Source: Escherichia coli
GTDB lineage: Bacteria; Pseudomonadota; Gammaproteobacteria; Enterobacterales; Enterobacteriaceae
Reading direction: 5' to 3' (one strand)
Length of the DNA stretch: 64,000 nucleotides
Assembly: GCF_051903065.1 (NCBI RefSeq)
Contig: NZ_CP178438.1
How positions within the stretch are numbered: the stretch's first letter is position 1; the number at the start of each line of letters is the position of its first letter. Under the pieces are notes generated by a model that worked only from the letters and a program-made list of their open reading frames with translations, was not told where the DNA came from and did not search any database. Positions 22,531 through 32,452 of the stretch are shown here, piece after piece. The position numbers and the translations under genes are program-made.

Positions 22531-22560
22531 AGGGCTAAGAGTAGTGTGCTCTTAGCCCTT
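22531..22560. terminator. Bidirectional hairpin shared by gor and dinQ
   Basis: agggctaagag tagtgtg ctcttagccct perfect inverted repeat. Confidence 0.55.
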
Positions 22561-22576
22561 AATTACGTTTCCGCTA

Positions 22577-22660
22577 TCAGTTCAGAAGCTGAAGCAGAAA
22601 GCGGATCAGTTCCAGCAGCGCAATTAACGCCCCAAGAACGATGATTGCTTTATCAATCAC
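22577..22660 (-). CDS. dinQ: DinQ small toxic membrane peptide (27 aa, type I toxin)
   Basis: Reverse strand encodes (V/M)IDKAIIVLGALIALLELIRFLLQLLN*; apparent GTG start; too short for the ORF track. Confidence 0.6.
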   Translation of the reverse strand: MIDKAIIVLGALIALLELIRFLLQLLN

Positions 22661-22734
22661 CCGTTTTCTCCATGCGATGGAGTGAGAATGCATCCGCTTA
22701 CTCATCCACTGCCTGTCACGGTGCATGTCTCATT

Positions 22735-22767
22735 GTTAGATGACGACTATCTCACTCCGGCCAGAGC
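22735..22767 (+). repeat. agr-type direct repeat copy 1, lying inside the inferred dinQ 5' leader (possible agrA region)
   Basis: ttagatgacgactatctcactccggccagagc; second copy exactly 200 bp downstream. Confidence 0.5.
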
Positions 22768-22853
22768 ATCAGTTAACGGCACCACCCGTACTTCTGACCA
22801 GGACTTTGAAAGCGTTTATGCGCATTGCCAGAGTGAAAATGCCTCAGAGCTAA

Positions 22854-22871
22854 CTGGATAATCATACAGTA
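22854..22871 (-). promoter_or_regulatory. LexA (SOS) box candidate for the dinQ promoter
   Basis: Reverse strand reads TACTGTATGATTATCCAG, about 15 of 18 matches to TACTGTATATATATACAG. Confidence 0.4.
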
Positions 22872-22929
22872 CATGCAGGTTATAAAACCAGCACGTCCTT
22901 GCAATAGTTTCAGTATGGTATTAGCATTG

Positions 22930-23018
22930 ATGCGTTAGATGATGGCTATCTCACTCCAGCCAGAGCCACCAACTCAGGGCTGGAAAGTAAAAAACCGACG
23001 CAAAGTCGGTTTTTTTAC
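22930..23018 (+). ncRNA. agrB: AgrB-like antisense small RNA candidate ending at an intrinsic terminator
   Basis: Second repeat copy (ttagatgatggctatctcactccagccagagcc) followed by ccgacgcaaagtcgg hairpin and T-run; 5' end estimated only. Confidence 0.4.
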
Positions 23019-23168
23019 GTCCTGATTCAGACCTCCTTTCAAATGAATAGCCAACTCAAAATTCACACCTATTACCTTCCTCTGCACATACACATTCGTT
23101 AAACCATATATGTTTTTGACTTATCCGCTTCGAAGAGAGACACTACCTGCAACAATCAGGAGCGCAAT

Positions 23169-23522
23169 ATGTCATTTCTGTTACCCATCCAACTGTTCAA
23201 AATTCTTGCCGATGAAACCCGTCTGGGCATCGTTTTACTGCTTAGCGAACTGGGAGAGTTATGCGTCTGCGATCTCTGCACTGCCCTCGATCAGTCGCAG
23301 CCCAAGATATCCCGCCATCTGGCATTGCTGCGTGAAAGCGGGCTATTGCTGGACCGCAAGCAAGGTAAGTGGGTTCATTACCGCTTATCGCCGCATATTC
23401 CAGCATGGGCGGCGAAAATTATTGATGAAGCCTGGCGATGTGAACAGGAAAGGGTTCAGGTGATTGTCCGCAACCTGGCTCGACAAAATTGTTCCGTAGA
23501 CAGTAAGAACATTTGCAGTTAA
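23169..23522 (+). CDS. arsR: Arsenic-responsive repressor ArsR (ArsR/SmtB family)
   Basis: 117-aa ORF with ELCVCDL metal-binding motif inside the wHTH. Confidence 0.9.
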   Translation: MSFLLPIQLFKILADETRLGIVLLLSELGELCVCDLCTALDQSQPKISRHLALLRESGLLLDRKQGKWVHYRLSPHIPAWAAKIIDEAWRCEQERVQVIVRNLARQNCSVDSKNICS

Positions 23523-23576
23523 AAAATTTAGCTAAACACATATGTATTTTCGCATGTGTTTTATCCAGGAGGCATT

Positions 23577-24866
23577 ATGTTACTGGCAGGCGCTATCTTT
23601 GTCCTGACCATTGTATTGGTTATCTGGCAGCCGAAAGGTTTAGGCATCGGCTGGAGTGCAACGCTCGGCGCAGTACTGGCATTAGTTACGGGCGTGGTCC
23701 ATCCGGGCGATATTCCGGTGGTGTGGAATATCGTCTGGAACGCGACGGCTGCGTTTATTGCCGTCATTATCATCAGCCTGCTGCTGGATGAGTCTGGCTT
23801 TTTTGAATGGGCAGCGCTGCACGTTTCACGCTGGGGCAATGGACGCGGTCGCTTGCTGTTTACCTGGATTGTCCTGCTCGGTGCCGCCGTTGCGGCCCTG
23901 TTCGCCAATGATGGCGCGGCGCTTATTTTGACGCCGATTGTCATCGCCATGCTGCTGGCTTTAGGATTCAGTAAAGGCACGACGCTTGCGTTCGTGATGG
24001 CGGCCGGATTCATTGCCGATACCGCCAGCCTGCCACTTATTGTCTCCAACCTGGTGAATATCGTTTCCGCTGATTTCTTTGGCCTCGGCTTTCGCGAATA
24101 CGCATCGGTGATGGTTCCGGTGGATATCGCCGCGATTGTTGCCACGCTGGTGATGCTACATCTCTATTTTCGCAAAGATATTCCGCAGAACTACGATATG
24201 GCACTGCTGAAATCTCCCGCAGAAGCGATCAAAGATCCTGCTACGTTCAAAACTGGCTGGGTTGTTTTACTGCTTCTGCTGGTGGGATTTTTCGTCCTGG
24301 AACCGCTCGGCATTCCGGTCAGCGCCATTGCAGCTGTGGGCGCGCTGATTTTGTTTGCCGTCGCTAAACGCGGTCATGCGATTAATACGGGCAAAGTCCT
24401 GCGCGGTGCGCCCTGGCAGATTGTCATCTTCTCGCTCGGCATGTATCTGGTGGTTTATGGCCTGCGCAATGCCGGGTTAACGGAATATCTTTCTGGCGTA
24501 CTCAACGTGCTGGCGGATAACGGCCTGTGGGCCGCGACGCTCGGCACCGGATTCCTCACCGCCTTCCTCTCTTCTATTATGAACAATATGCCGACGGTAC
24601 TGGTTGGCGCGTTGTCCATTGATGGCAGCACGGCGTCTGGCGTTATCAAAGAAGCGATGGTTTATGCCAATGTGATTGGCTGCGATTTGGGACCGAAAAT
24701 TACCCCAATTGGTAGCCTGGCGACGCTACTCTGGCTACACGTGCTTTCGCAGAAGAATATGACTATCAGCTGGGGATATTACTTCCGTACAGGGATTATC
24801 ATGACCCTGCCGGTGCTGTTTGTGACGCTGGCTGCGCTAGCGCTACGTCTCTCTTTCACTTTGTAA
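23577..24866 (+). CDS. arsB: Arsenite efflux pump ArsB
   Basis: Polytopic membrane protein; start at ATG 23577 preceded by AGGAGG. Confidence 0.9.
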   Translation: MLLAGAIFVLTIVLVIWQPKGLGIGWSATLGAVLALVTGVVHPGDIPVVWNIVWNATAAFIAVIIISLLLDESGFFEWAALHVSRWGNGRGRLLFTWIVLLGAAVAALFANDGAALILTPIVIAMLLALGFSKGTTLAFVMAAGFIADTASLPLIVSNLVNIVSADFFGLGFREYASVMVPVDIAAIVATLVMLHLYFRKDIPQNYDMALLKSPAEAIKDPATFKTGWVVLLLLLVGFFVLEPLGIPVSAIAAVGALILFAVAKRGHAINTGKVLRGAPWQIVIFSLGMYLVVYGLRNAGLTEYLSGVLNVLADNGLWAATLGTGFLTAFLSSIMNNMPTVLVGALSIDGSTASGVIKEAMVYANVIGCDLGPKITPIGSLATLLWLHVLSQKNMTISWGYYFRTGIIMTLPVLFVTLAALALRLSFTL

Positions 24867-24878
24867 TGAGATACTGAT

Positions 24879-25304
24879 ATGAGCAACATTACCATTTATC
24901 ACAACCCGGCCTGCGGTACGTCGCGTAATACGCTGGAGATGATCCGCAACAGCGGCACAGAACCGACCATTATCCATTATCTGGAAACTCCGCCAACGCG
25001 CGATGAACTGGTCAAACTCATTGCCGATATGGGGATTTCCGTACGCGCGCTGCTGCGTAAAAACGTCGAGCCGTATGAGGAGCTGGGCCTTGCGGAAGAT
25101 AAATATACTGACGATCGGTTAATCGACTTTATGCTTCAGCACCCGATTCTGATTAATCGCCCGATTGTGGTGACGACGCTGGGAACTCGTCTGTGCCGCC
25201 CTTCAGAAGTCGTGCTGGAAATTCTGCCAGATGCGCAAAAAGGCGCATTCTCCAAGGAAGATGGCGAGAAAGTGGTTGATGAAGCGGGTAATCGCCTGAA
25301 ATAA
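24879..25304 (+). CDS. arsC: Arsenate reductase ArsC (glutaredoxin-coupled)
   Basis: 141-aa ORF MSNITIYHNPACGTSRNTL with catalytic Cys12 context. Confidence 0.9.
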   Translation: MSNITIYHNPACGTSRNTLEMIRNSGTEPTIIHYLETPPTRDELVKLIADMGISVRALLRKNVEPYEELGLAEDKYTDDRLIDFMLQHPILINRPIVVTTLGTRLCRPSEVVLEILPDAQKGAFSKEDGEKVVDEAGNRLK

Positions 25305-25349
25305 AGCGGCTATATCCCCCCCACAGGTTGTTAGAAAAGTGCGCTTTAT

Positions 25350-25460
25350 TTATGTCGGATGCGACGCTGGCGCGTCTTATCCGACCTACAAAGTTATGAA
25401 AATTCGATGAATAGTATGTTATTTGTAGGCCTGACAGGCGTAGCGCATCAGGCGATTTTG
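25350..25460. repeat. Pair of REP elements downstream of arsC
   Basis: tgtcggatgcgacgctggcgcgtcttatccgacctac and tgtaggcctgacaggcgtagcgcatcaggc. Confidence 0.5.
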
Positions 25461-25930
25461 CTATTTACACATTACTCCCTGCGTGAGATTCCAATTATCG
25501 CGTCCAGCATGGTGTATCAGTGAGCTGCTTAGTTATCCGCGATACAGTGCAGCAGTTTAAAGACGTACTGGATTATGATTTATCAGTGCTTTACACAACA
25601 AATTATTCAATAATTATAAGATACCTTAACCCATTTTATTATTACACATCTAAAACATCACAAAAATATCATTTCACACACTATCGGAGAACATCATAAC
25701 TTTTTAAAATGAGCGCTTTTTGATAGTTGTTAACGTTTTCTTTTACGATACTATCAATGCCCTTTTTTATACACAAATATTACCGGGTGGAGATAAAAGG
25801 GAAGTCAAAGGTAATTATATCAGGAAGATATGACGCATGATATTTATTGTGCGTAGAAGAAAATCCATTCCTGCTTTAATTATCCAATTTAAAAATCTTA
25901 GCATAAAACAGATAATGAATAAGGAATGTT

Positions 25931-27154
25931 ATGTCAATTGACTTTACCCCAGGTATGATAAATACATATCACGGCGATATTTATAACCGCACAACAGATA
26001 CCGACAATGTTAAAACACCAGACACACCGATGTGGCCTTGTGATAATCGGGAAGAACAACAACCCATTAATTCCACATTCTCTGGAGAAGGATACAACCC
26101 TGAACAATATGATTTAGCGCGGCAACACCTCCCACAAATTTATGCGTGCCGCACGAACACCAAATATACAGATGCAGACTACTCAAAAGTTGTGGCTCAA
26201 CTTGTAAGTCTTATTACTAACATTGAATCGATAAGTTCGACACCACTTACGCGGCAGGCACAGGAAATACTTAATCAAATTAATAACATTAGATACGAAA
26301 AGAACAAAAGTGCTGAATGTCGAATCATTGTTGTCGCTAATCCTAAACCCGACAAGGCAATCATAACTAAAATTAGCGTAGAAGAGGGAATACCAGTAAG
26401 ATTCAGTGTCCAAACCATGTTTTCAGATACTAATTTTATTGCTGAACAACGAGCTGACTTACCGACTAATATAAAAGATATTCAAAGCCTGTATCAAAAA
26501 ATGACGAAGTTATATATTGAGCACAGTGAAAATAAAAACAGGATGAAAGTCTTTGCCGGAACCAACTTTATTGATTTCAATATGACAGGACAGAACCTGT
26601 CCGGGTTCGTTCTAACCTTGTCAAGGTTTTATTTCGAAGATCTACTTAATATAAATTTCACTGACGCAAATTTAGGTGACACTATTTTTTCACATAAAGA
26701 ACACCCTACCCCAAAATTATATAAAGACGAACAATATCTTGACAAACAAATCGAAGGTTTATTTTCAACATTATTAACCATTAATGACAACTTTTTACGA
26801 GCAAAAGCGGAAATTGCTTCGACAATAATTAAATTTTTAGAGGCCAGGATAACCAATCTTTCATACAACGACATATTAAAATATCAGCAAGAATTCCAAA
26901 AACAATGTTATAAGCAAGTTAAAGCCTTTACGACACTCTCCCGATACAATAAAATTCAAACATGGGCAGAAATGTCTGAATATCAATTCGAAGTATTTCA
27001 ATACGAGACGCTTAACCCAAAAAAAATGTCACGCACGCCTTATTTAAAGAGGCCACTTCCTGATGAAAAAGATATAAATTATGGGGTGGAAATAGAAATA
27101 CCGTCTGGTAAAAGAATTCGCTTATCAAATCATTATCAGAATATAATACCATAA
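25931..27154 (+). CDS. yhiS: Uncharacterised protein YhiS, intact; AT-rich with a pentapeptide-repeat-like middle segment
   Basis: 407-aa uninterrupted ORF; segment [46 protein letters not shown]. Confidence 0.65.
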   Translation: MSIDFTPGMINTYHGDIYNRTTDTDNVKTPDTPMWPCDNREEQQPINSTFSGEGYNPEQYDLARQHLPQIYACRTNTKYTDADYSKVVAQLVSLITNIESISSTPLTRQAQEILNQINNIRYEKNKSAECRIIVVANPKPDKAIITKISVEEGIPVRFSVQTMFSDTNFIAEQRADLPTNIKDIQSLYQKMTKLYIEHSENKNRMKVFAGTNFIDFNMTGQNLSGFVLTLSRFYFEDLLNINFTDANLGDTIFSHKEHPTPKLYKDEQYLDKQIEGLFSTLLTINDNFLRAKAEIASTIIKFLEARITNLSYNDILKYQQEFQKQCYKQVKAFTTLSRYNKIQTWAEMSEYQFEVFQYETLNPKKMSRTPYLKRPLPDEKDINYGVEIEIPSGKRIRLSNHYQNIIP

Positions 27155-27400
27155 TATTGATTATTAGCACTTTATAATCATTGAATAAAAATAGATTTTA
27201 TGTAATTTTAAAACAAAGGGTTATATTATGGGGCGATGGATACTCATGCCACGCCCCAAAATAACGGAATTGAACTAAACAGAAGGGATATAAACATCAG
27301 ACAGGTTTACGTTACTATCAGGCATATCGCCTCAGAATCAGATGAAAACTATAAAGAAATATCTATTATGGTTTTAATATTTGTTGATAAGGATAGTAAC

Positions 27401-27967
27401 ATGAACATGACAAAAGGTGCACTCATACTCAGCCTTTCATTTTTGCTTGCCGCATGTAGTTCAATTCCGCAAAATATCAAAGGCAATAACCAACCTGATA
27501 TTCAAAAAAGTTTTGTTGCTGTTCATAACCAGCCGGGGTTATATGTTGGTCAACAAGCGCGCTTTGGTGGGAAGGTTATCAACGTTATCAATGGCAAAAC
27601 GGATACGTTGTTAGAAATCGCTGTATTACCGTTGGATAGCTATGCGAAGCCTGATATTGAAGCCAACTATCAGGGCCGACTGCTCGCCAGACAAAGCGGC
27701 TTCCTTGACCCAGTGAACTATCGTAATCACTTTGTTACCATCCTCGGTACCATTCAGGGTGAACAACCAGGCTTTATCAATAAAGTCCCGTATAACTTCC
27801 TGGAAGTGAATATGCAGGGCATCCAGGTGTGGCATTTGAGAGAAGTGGTTAATACCACCTATAACCTGTGGGATTACGGCTATGGTGCATTCTGGCCGGA
27901 ACCGGGCTGGGGTGCGCCTTACTACACCAATGCGGTGAGTCAGGTAACACCTGAGCTGGTCAAATAA
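27401..27967 (+). CDS. slp: Starvation-inducible outer membrane lipoprotein Slp
   Basis: Start MNMTKGALILSLSFLLAACSS with lipobox LAAC; 188 aa; AAGGA RBS before ATG 27401. Confidence 0.85.
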   Translation: MNMTKGALILSLSFLLAACSSIPQNIKGNNQPDIQKSFVAVHNQPGLYVGQQARFGGKVINVINGKTDTLLEIAVLPLDSYAKPDIEANYQGRLLARQSGFLDPVNYRNHFVTILGTIQGEQPGFINKVPYNFLEVNMQGIQVWHLREVVNTTYNLWDYGYGAFWPEPGWGAPYYTNAVSQVTPELVK

Positions 27968-28119
27968 CACCACCGAAAGATGCAGATGCTTTCTCAGCAT
28001 CTGCATCATGTATTACATAAAATTAATATACAGTAAGCTAACTATTATTATAAGCCCTGTCCTATTAATTACCTTTGGCAAACTGATTATAAAGTTAATG
28101 TCCGCACCAGGAGTCGGTT

Positions 28120-28650
28120 ATGTTTCTTATAATTACCAGGGATACGATGTTCTTCACCGCGATGAAAAACATTCTGAGTAAAGGTAATGTCGTTCATATA
28201 CAGAACGAAGAAGAGATCGACGTAATGTTGCATCAGAATTCCTTCGTCATTATTGATACATTAATGAATAATGTATTTCATTCTAATTTTCTCACTCAAA
28301 TTGAACGATTAAAACCTGTCCATGTCATTATTTTCTCCCCCTTTAATATTAAACGCTGCCTGGGGAAAGTGCCGGTGACCTTTGTTCCGCGGACTATCAC
28401 TATCATTGATTTTGTCGCACTCATCAATGGCAGTTACTGCTCTGTGCCTGAAGCGAATGTGTCACTTTCGCGCAAGCAACATCAGGTTCTGAGCTGCATT
28501 GCGAATCAAATGACAACGGAAGATATTCTGGAGAAACTGAAAATATCGCTAAAAACGTTCTACTGCCATAAACACAATATCATGATGATCCTCAATCTTA
28601 AGCGGATCAATGAGCTGGTACGCCATCAGCATATTGATTATCTGGTGTGA
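28120..28650 (+). CDS. dctR: LuxR-family regulator DctR (YhiF)
   Basis: 176-aa ORF with C-terminal LuxR-type HTH. Confidence 0.8.
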   Translation: MFLIITRDTMFFTAMKNILSKGNVVHIQNEEEIDVMLHQNSFVIIDTLMNNVFHSNFLTQIERLKPVHVIIFSPFNIKRCLGKVPVTFVPRTITIIDFVALINGSYCSVPEANVSLSRKQHQVLSCIANQMTTEDILEKLKISLKTFYCHKHNIMMILNLKRINELVRHQHIDYLV

Positions 28651-28710
28651 ACGATTGATCAATATAAAGAGGCCCAGCAATAAATAGCCAGACCTCCCGT
28701 TAATTATACG

Positions 28711-29739
28711 TTATGCAGCAACGCCTTCCGGTATCAGCGAAGCAATTTGCTTACGCCATTGCGCTTGCTCCTGTTCGCCTTCTGTACGTTGACCATAAAG
28801 TTGCGCTATCTGCGTACCATCATGGGCAAACAATTCCAGACTGGTTACGTAGCCATCGCTGGTCGGTTTACGGGTAACCCAGGCTTCAGCAATGCTCTCT
28901 TCTAATAGATGAAGAGTAAACGTCGGGTTGAAAATATTCAGCCAACCTTTCATTGGCACCACTTTTTCTACCACACCGGTGAAAATCTGTACGCAGCCAC
29001 GGTTGCCAACAAACACCATGATTTCATTACCATCCTGCTGTGCAGATTCAAGAATTTGCGCCAACGCACTGTTGGATACTTTGCAGGCCAAATCGTCCGC
29101 CACCAGATTGAACGCCTGTTGGCGCGTCAGGTTGTGGCGCTTGAGCAACGTAAAAAACTGATGAACGTCGGTCATCGCCCGCCACTCTTGCTCGACCACA
29201 GTGGCATCGGCTCGCGTTTGAACAACTGGCGCATCAACGGCTTTTAACTCAAGCGGCGTATTCTCATCGGTGATAAACCGTGCCAGAAGCTCACTCCATG
29301 CCGCCATATCGGTATTGTCGGTGGCATAAACTTTTAGTAATGCATCGCCCTGATGATCAAAGAACTGAATACTTTGGCGTTCGCCACGAGCCGTGTTTTC
29401 TTTGATGTGGAAAACACTGGCCCATTGATTGAGAAACAGACGTAAATCCAGCGCGCGTGGATTGAGGATCAATCCGGCATGTCCGTTCAAATGCTGGTTT
29501 GTGAACGTACCAACTTGCTCATGGACTGCATATTCATTACGGCAAATACATTTGGTCTCGCCAACACTTTCGAGCGCCGCCAGAATTTCACGGATATCGC
29601 CGCGCATCCGCCACGCATCGTGCGTGACGCGTGCAAATGCCAGTTCTGCTTCTCTAATATTCATTAACCCTGCGATGTCACGCGCGTACTTTCCGGGTCT
29701 TTGTTCTTTTAACTCAAGCCAGCGTGTGTAGTGGTTCAT
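28711..29739 (-). CDS. chuS: Haem-degrading/haem oxygenase-like protein ChuS
   Basis: 342-aa ORF next to chuA with a ChuS/HemS-like two-domain layout. Confidence 0.85.
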   Translation of the reverse strand: MNHYTRWLELKEQRPGKYARDIAGLMNIREAELAFARVTHDAWRMRGDIREILAALESVGETKCICRNEYAVHEQVGTFTNQHLNGHAGLILNPRALDLRLFLNQWASVFHIKENTARGERQSIQFFDHQGDALLKVYATDNTDMAAWSELLARFITDENTPLELKAVDAPVVQTRADATVVEQEWRAMTDVHQFFTLLKRHNLTRQQAFNLVADDLACKVSNSALAQILESAQQDGNEIMVFVGNRGCVQIFTGVVEKVVPMKGWLNIFNPTFTLHLLEESIAEAWVTRKPTSDGYVTSLELFAHDGTQIAQLYGQRTEGEQEQAQWRKQIASLIPEGVAA

Positions 29740-29787
29740 TGTCTCTCTTCCTTCCAGATAAATGCCCCGAAATATCGGGGCAGATGA

Positions 29788-31770
29788 TTACCATTGATAA
29801 CTCACGAAAATTTTTCCGTTACGACCATCCTGTGGGATGCCTTGCGGCGACCAGTACTCTTTGTCGAAAGCGTTACCCAACACCAAAGTAGTGGTCATAC
29901 CTTTGAGCGCCTGTTGTCCTTGATAACTGACGTAGAAATCATTCACGCCATAGCCTGGTTGTTTGCTGTAACTGCTGCTGATATGTGTTGAGCGATCGGC
30001 AAACGTACCAACCCACCCAACAGAGAAGCCACTGTGAGCGATCGGAATATTCAGAGTGCTGGTAACGGTATCCGGGTTAATGCTGGAGATGTATTCGCCG
30101 GTATCGGTGTCTTTGCCGCGGGTACGGTTATAGGCCACATCAAGGCTAAACAGATCAGAGGTATATTTCGTCATCACATCCCAGCCCCAGATTTTGGCGT
30201 TCGGGACGTTATACGACATAGTCGTCGCCGCCGCGAAATCGACGGTCGTGGAGATGTAATCCTTCGCTTTGGTATCAAAGTAGCTGGCTTTAAATTCCAG
30301 AGCATCATTGGACAACATCAGGTCATCAAAACGCAGCCCAAAACCGTACTCCTGAGTTTCGTTAGTTTCCGGACGTAAGTTCGGGTTTGGCACCCAATAG
30401 TTGGTATAGAAGCGACCAATCGAGAAGTGCTTAGAATCGTTATACATTTCGCCCATCGTCGGGGCGCGGAATGCCTGGGCATATGAGCCAAATAACATCA
30501 GCCAGTTAGTCGGATTGATAGTCATCCCCGCACGAGATGACCATTTGTCGGCATCAACATCTTTGTAACCGTCACTGCTACCGCGATAACTGTCATAGCG
30601 GGTTCCGCCAAGCAGGGTAATCGGCAGATCGCGTAAGGTGATCTCATCCTGTAGCCAGCCGGAGCTAAAATCGATTTTTGCTTGCGGGAAGCCCGTCGTC
30701 GCGCCGCCCGGATGTTGTTCCTGACGATAATACTCACCGCCATATGTCAGTAAGTGAGAAGCGAAACTGTCGGCAAAGAGAGTGGAACGGTTCTCCAGCC
30801 TGGCTCCTTTTGTTATCTGTTCACGATACTCGCCGGAACTCCCCGTGTTTTGCGCATTAATACGGACTTCCGACCAATAAATTTTTGCATCTGCATTTAA
30901 CCAGTCGTTGCCCTGCGGGGCGAGTTTATAAGAAAGCTGCGCATCGCGTTGAATTGTTGAACGATCAACCATCGGGTTGCTGCTTTCAGAAGCCTCAACG
31001 GTCTGCGGATTTTTTGGTTCACGCGCGTCGTTGTTGTAGTAACGCACTAAACCGCTCAGAGACTGGGCTGAATCAATTTGCCAGGTCCCTTTCGCCAGCA
31101 TGTTATTAATGGACTCGTCATTCGGCGCGGTTTCACCATTGCTCTGGCGTAAATCACCCCGATCGCGACTGGACCAGGCCACAATACCATCCAGATTTTC
31201 AGTTCGCCCAAACGCGCTCGCGCCTAATCCCAGGCTATGGTCCCCCGTGCCGCCAGTACCAAAGACACGAAAACCACTGCTTTGTCCTTCCTGCAATAAA
31301 TCTTTTGCATCGACCGTATCGTAGGAGATCACTCCACCCAGCGCGCCACTGCCATACAGTAATGCTGAAGGTCCGCGAACAATCTCAACACGCTTGATCA
31401 GCGCCGGATCGAGAAAAGTGCCATTCAGGTGTCCGGTATCCGTTCCCTGGCGAACACCATCGATAAGAACCAGCACGCCGCGATGATCATAGCCACGCAT
31501 ATTTACATCCTGACCGTTGGTTCGTCCGGTACCATCCAGAGTCATTCCAGGAACATGACGCAGCAGATCGGTGGCTGAAGTAGCCGTTTGATTTTCAGGA
31601 GCGGAAGTGTCGATGACGCTGACCATCATAGGCGCTTCGAAGGAACTACGGGCATTCCCCGTTGCCGTAACGGTCATGGTTTCAGTAGCAAAAGCAAACG
31701 TTGGCAAGGTGGCAGAAACAGCCAAGGCCAATAAACTCAAACGCAACGAGGTAAATTGCGGACGTGACAT
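29788..31770 (-). CDS. chuA: TonB-dependent outer membrane haem/haemoglobin receptor ChuA
   Basis: 660-aa ORF with signal peptide, TonB-box-like ETMTVTA, and terminal aromatic residue of a beta-barrel. Confidence 0.9.
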   Translation of the reverse strand: MSRPQFTSLRLSLLALAVSATLPTFAFATETMTVTATGNARSSFEAPMMVSVIDTSAPENQTATSATDLLRHVPGMTLDGTGRTNGQDVNMRGYDHRGVLVLIDGVRQGTDTGHLNGTFLDPALIKRVEIVRGPSALLYGSGALGGVISYDTVDAKDLLQEGQSSGFRVFGTGGTGDHSLGLGASAFGRTENLDGIVAWSSRDRGDLRQSNGETAPNDESINNMLAKGTWQIDSAQSLSGLVRYYNNDAREPKNPQTVEASESSNPMVDRSTIQRDAQLSYKLAPQGNDWLNADAKIYWSEVRINAQNTGSSGEYREQITKGARLENRSTLFADSFASHLLTYGGEYYRQEQHPGGATTGFPQAKIDFSSGWLQDEITLRDLPITLLGGTRYDSYRGSSDGYKDVDADKWSSRAGMTINPTNWLMLFGSYAQAFRAPTMGEMYNDSKHFSIGRFYTNYWVPNPNLRPETNETQEYGFGLRFDDLMLSNDALEFKASYFDTKAKDYISTTVDFAAATTMSYNVPNAKIWGWDVMTKYTSDLFSLDVAYNRTRGKDTDTGEYISSINPDTVTSTLNIPIAHSGFSVGWVGTFADRSTHISSSYSKQPGYGVNDFYVSYQGQQALKGMTTTLVLGNAFDKEYWSPQGIPQDGRNGKIFVSYQW

Positions 31771-31775
31771 AGCGA

Positions 31776-31791
31776 TTCTCCATGAGGAAAA
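31776..31791 (-). promoter_or_regulatory. FourU-type RNA thermometer hairpin occluding the chuA Shine-Dalgarno
   Basis: mRNA sense UUUUCC-UCAU-GGAGAA immediately before the AUG; six pairs including one G-U. Confidence 0.55.
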
Positions 31792-32059
31792 TAAAAAATG
31801 CTGGCTGCCTGGGTTAATACCGGGGTGGCTGGCGAAAAATAAATTTATTTAAAATTCAGAGCGATAATATTCGCCGGGTGAGTTTACAGGCGTTTATATC
31901 CCATGAAATTGCCTGATAACTCGGCAATTACGCAAAAGCACGCCCTCTTTGTCAGGCAAAACGATATGCCCCATCAGGAGTGAAGAGAGCTGTGCGTTAT
32001 CCCTTGCAAATGCTATGGTTTTGTTATCCATATGGTCGTGTTTTGTTAAATGCAAACGT

Positions 32060-32078
32060 GATAATGAGAATTATTATC
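32060..32078. promoter_or_regulatory. Fur box, likely the chuA promoter operator
   Basis: gataatgagaattattatc, about 16 of 19 matches to GATAATGATAATCATTATC. Confidence 0.6.
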
Positions 32079-32410
32079 GATCAATTTTTTATGATCAAGT
32101 TTTTTTTTAACCACCATTAACACAATAAACAGGGGGTTATGAAACCTATCCTGCGCCCTGTAAACCACCTTGTTTTTATGGTTATCCCCCCATGCCTCAT
32201 CACTAAATTTTGTCGTTAACAGTGATAATTTTTTCTTCTCTTTGCTCTGCAAGCCTCGATATCTCTGGGTTCTCAGCTTTTTCCCGCGATGAAATTTAGT
32301 CGGTAACAAGAACGTTAGCTGACGAAGCATCTTGATAAAAATCAAAAATAAATACGCTTGTAACGCCTTGCGTATTGAATCGACGGTTGTATTTCATATA
32401 TAACTCAAAT

Positions 32411-32429
32411 GATAATCATGATCATTCTC
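32411..32429. promoter_or_regulatory. Fur box upstream of chuT
   Basis: gataatcatgatcattctc, strong match to the Fur consensus, about 25 bp upstream of ATG 32453. Confidence 0.6.
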
Positions 32430-32452
32430 AATTTGATAAGAGTTCTCATATT

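Noticed and set aside
28651-28710. Possible direct repeats or attachment sites at the chu locus boundaries
   Set aside because: No matching repeats found by eye at the dctR-chuS and chuV-yhiD junctions (28651-28710, 37664-37714); an alignment would be needed.
32046-32345. 99-aa minus-strand ORF in the chuA-chuT intergenic region
   Set aside because: Falls in the Fur-regulated chuA leader; Lys-rich, no RBS; more plausibly untranslated leader sequence.
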